Below are positions 63,946-64,000 of a stretch of DNA of 64,000 nt, piece by piece. Both the position numbers and the translations under genes were made by a program. Every line of letters begins with the position of its first letter. Position 1 is the first letter of the stretch. Under the pieces are notes generated by a model. That model was not told the origin of the DNA and made no database searches. It worked only from the letters and a program-made list of their open reading frames with translations. The DNA comes from Octopus vulgaris (lineage: Eukaryota). The stretch lies in NCBI GenBank assembly GCA_951406725.2, contig OX597838.1:43524001-43588000 (forward strand). The letters are read 5' to 3'.

Positions 63946-64000
63946 TTCAATGCTATAATTATTCTGCCTGTTCTTGCTAAGCCAGTCTCATGGTAATTTT

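Overview
AT-rich, microsatellite-rich eukaryotic DNA; the repeat content suggests a coleoid cephalopod (Octopus-like), which is my inference. There are three host genes: RFT1 (minus strand, exons 1-5, running off the left edge); an apparently intronless NPHP1/nephrocystin-1 (minus, split by a single extra base); and, head-to-head with it, SLC4A1AP/kanadaptin (plus, exons 1-5, running off the right edge). Mobile elements include a decayed hAT transposase carrying two nested MITEs, a decayed Gypsy LTR element, an RTE-type LINE with a PHD finger inserted in its RT region, a decayed Penelope-like element (RT + GIY-YIG), a CR1 fragment, mariner relics, SINEs and many non-autonomous Helitrons. Two things stand out. 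(1) About ten minimal hammerhead ribozyme (HHR) motifs of Penelope type, mostly in fold-back repeats in kanadaptin introns, including core variants in which the 3-8 pair reads C-G, G-C or A-U. (2) An ~18 kb block (32.4-50.0 kb) in intron 2 made of composite Helitrons in alternating orientation, joined at (TA)n tracts and forming kb-scale palindromes. All calls are by eye; no database search or folding was run, and assembly artefacts cannot be excluded for the palindromic block.
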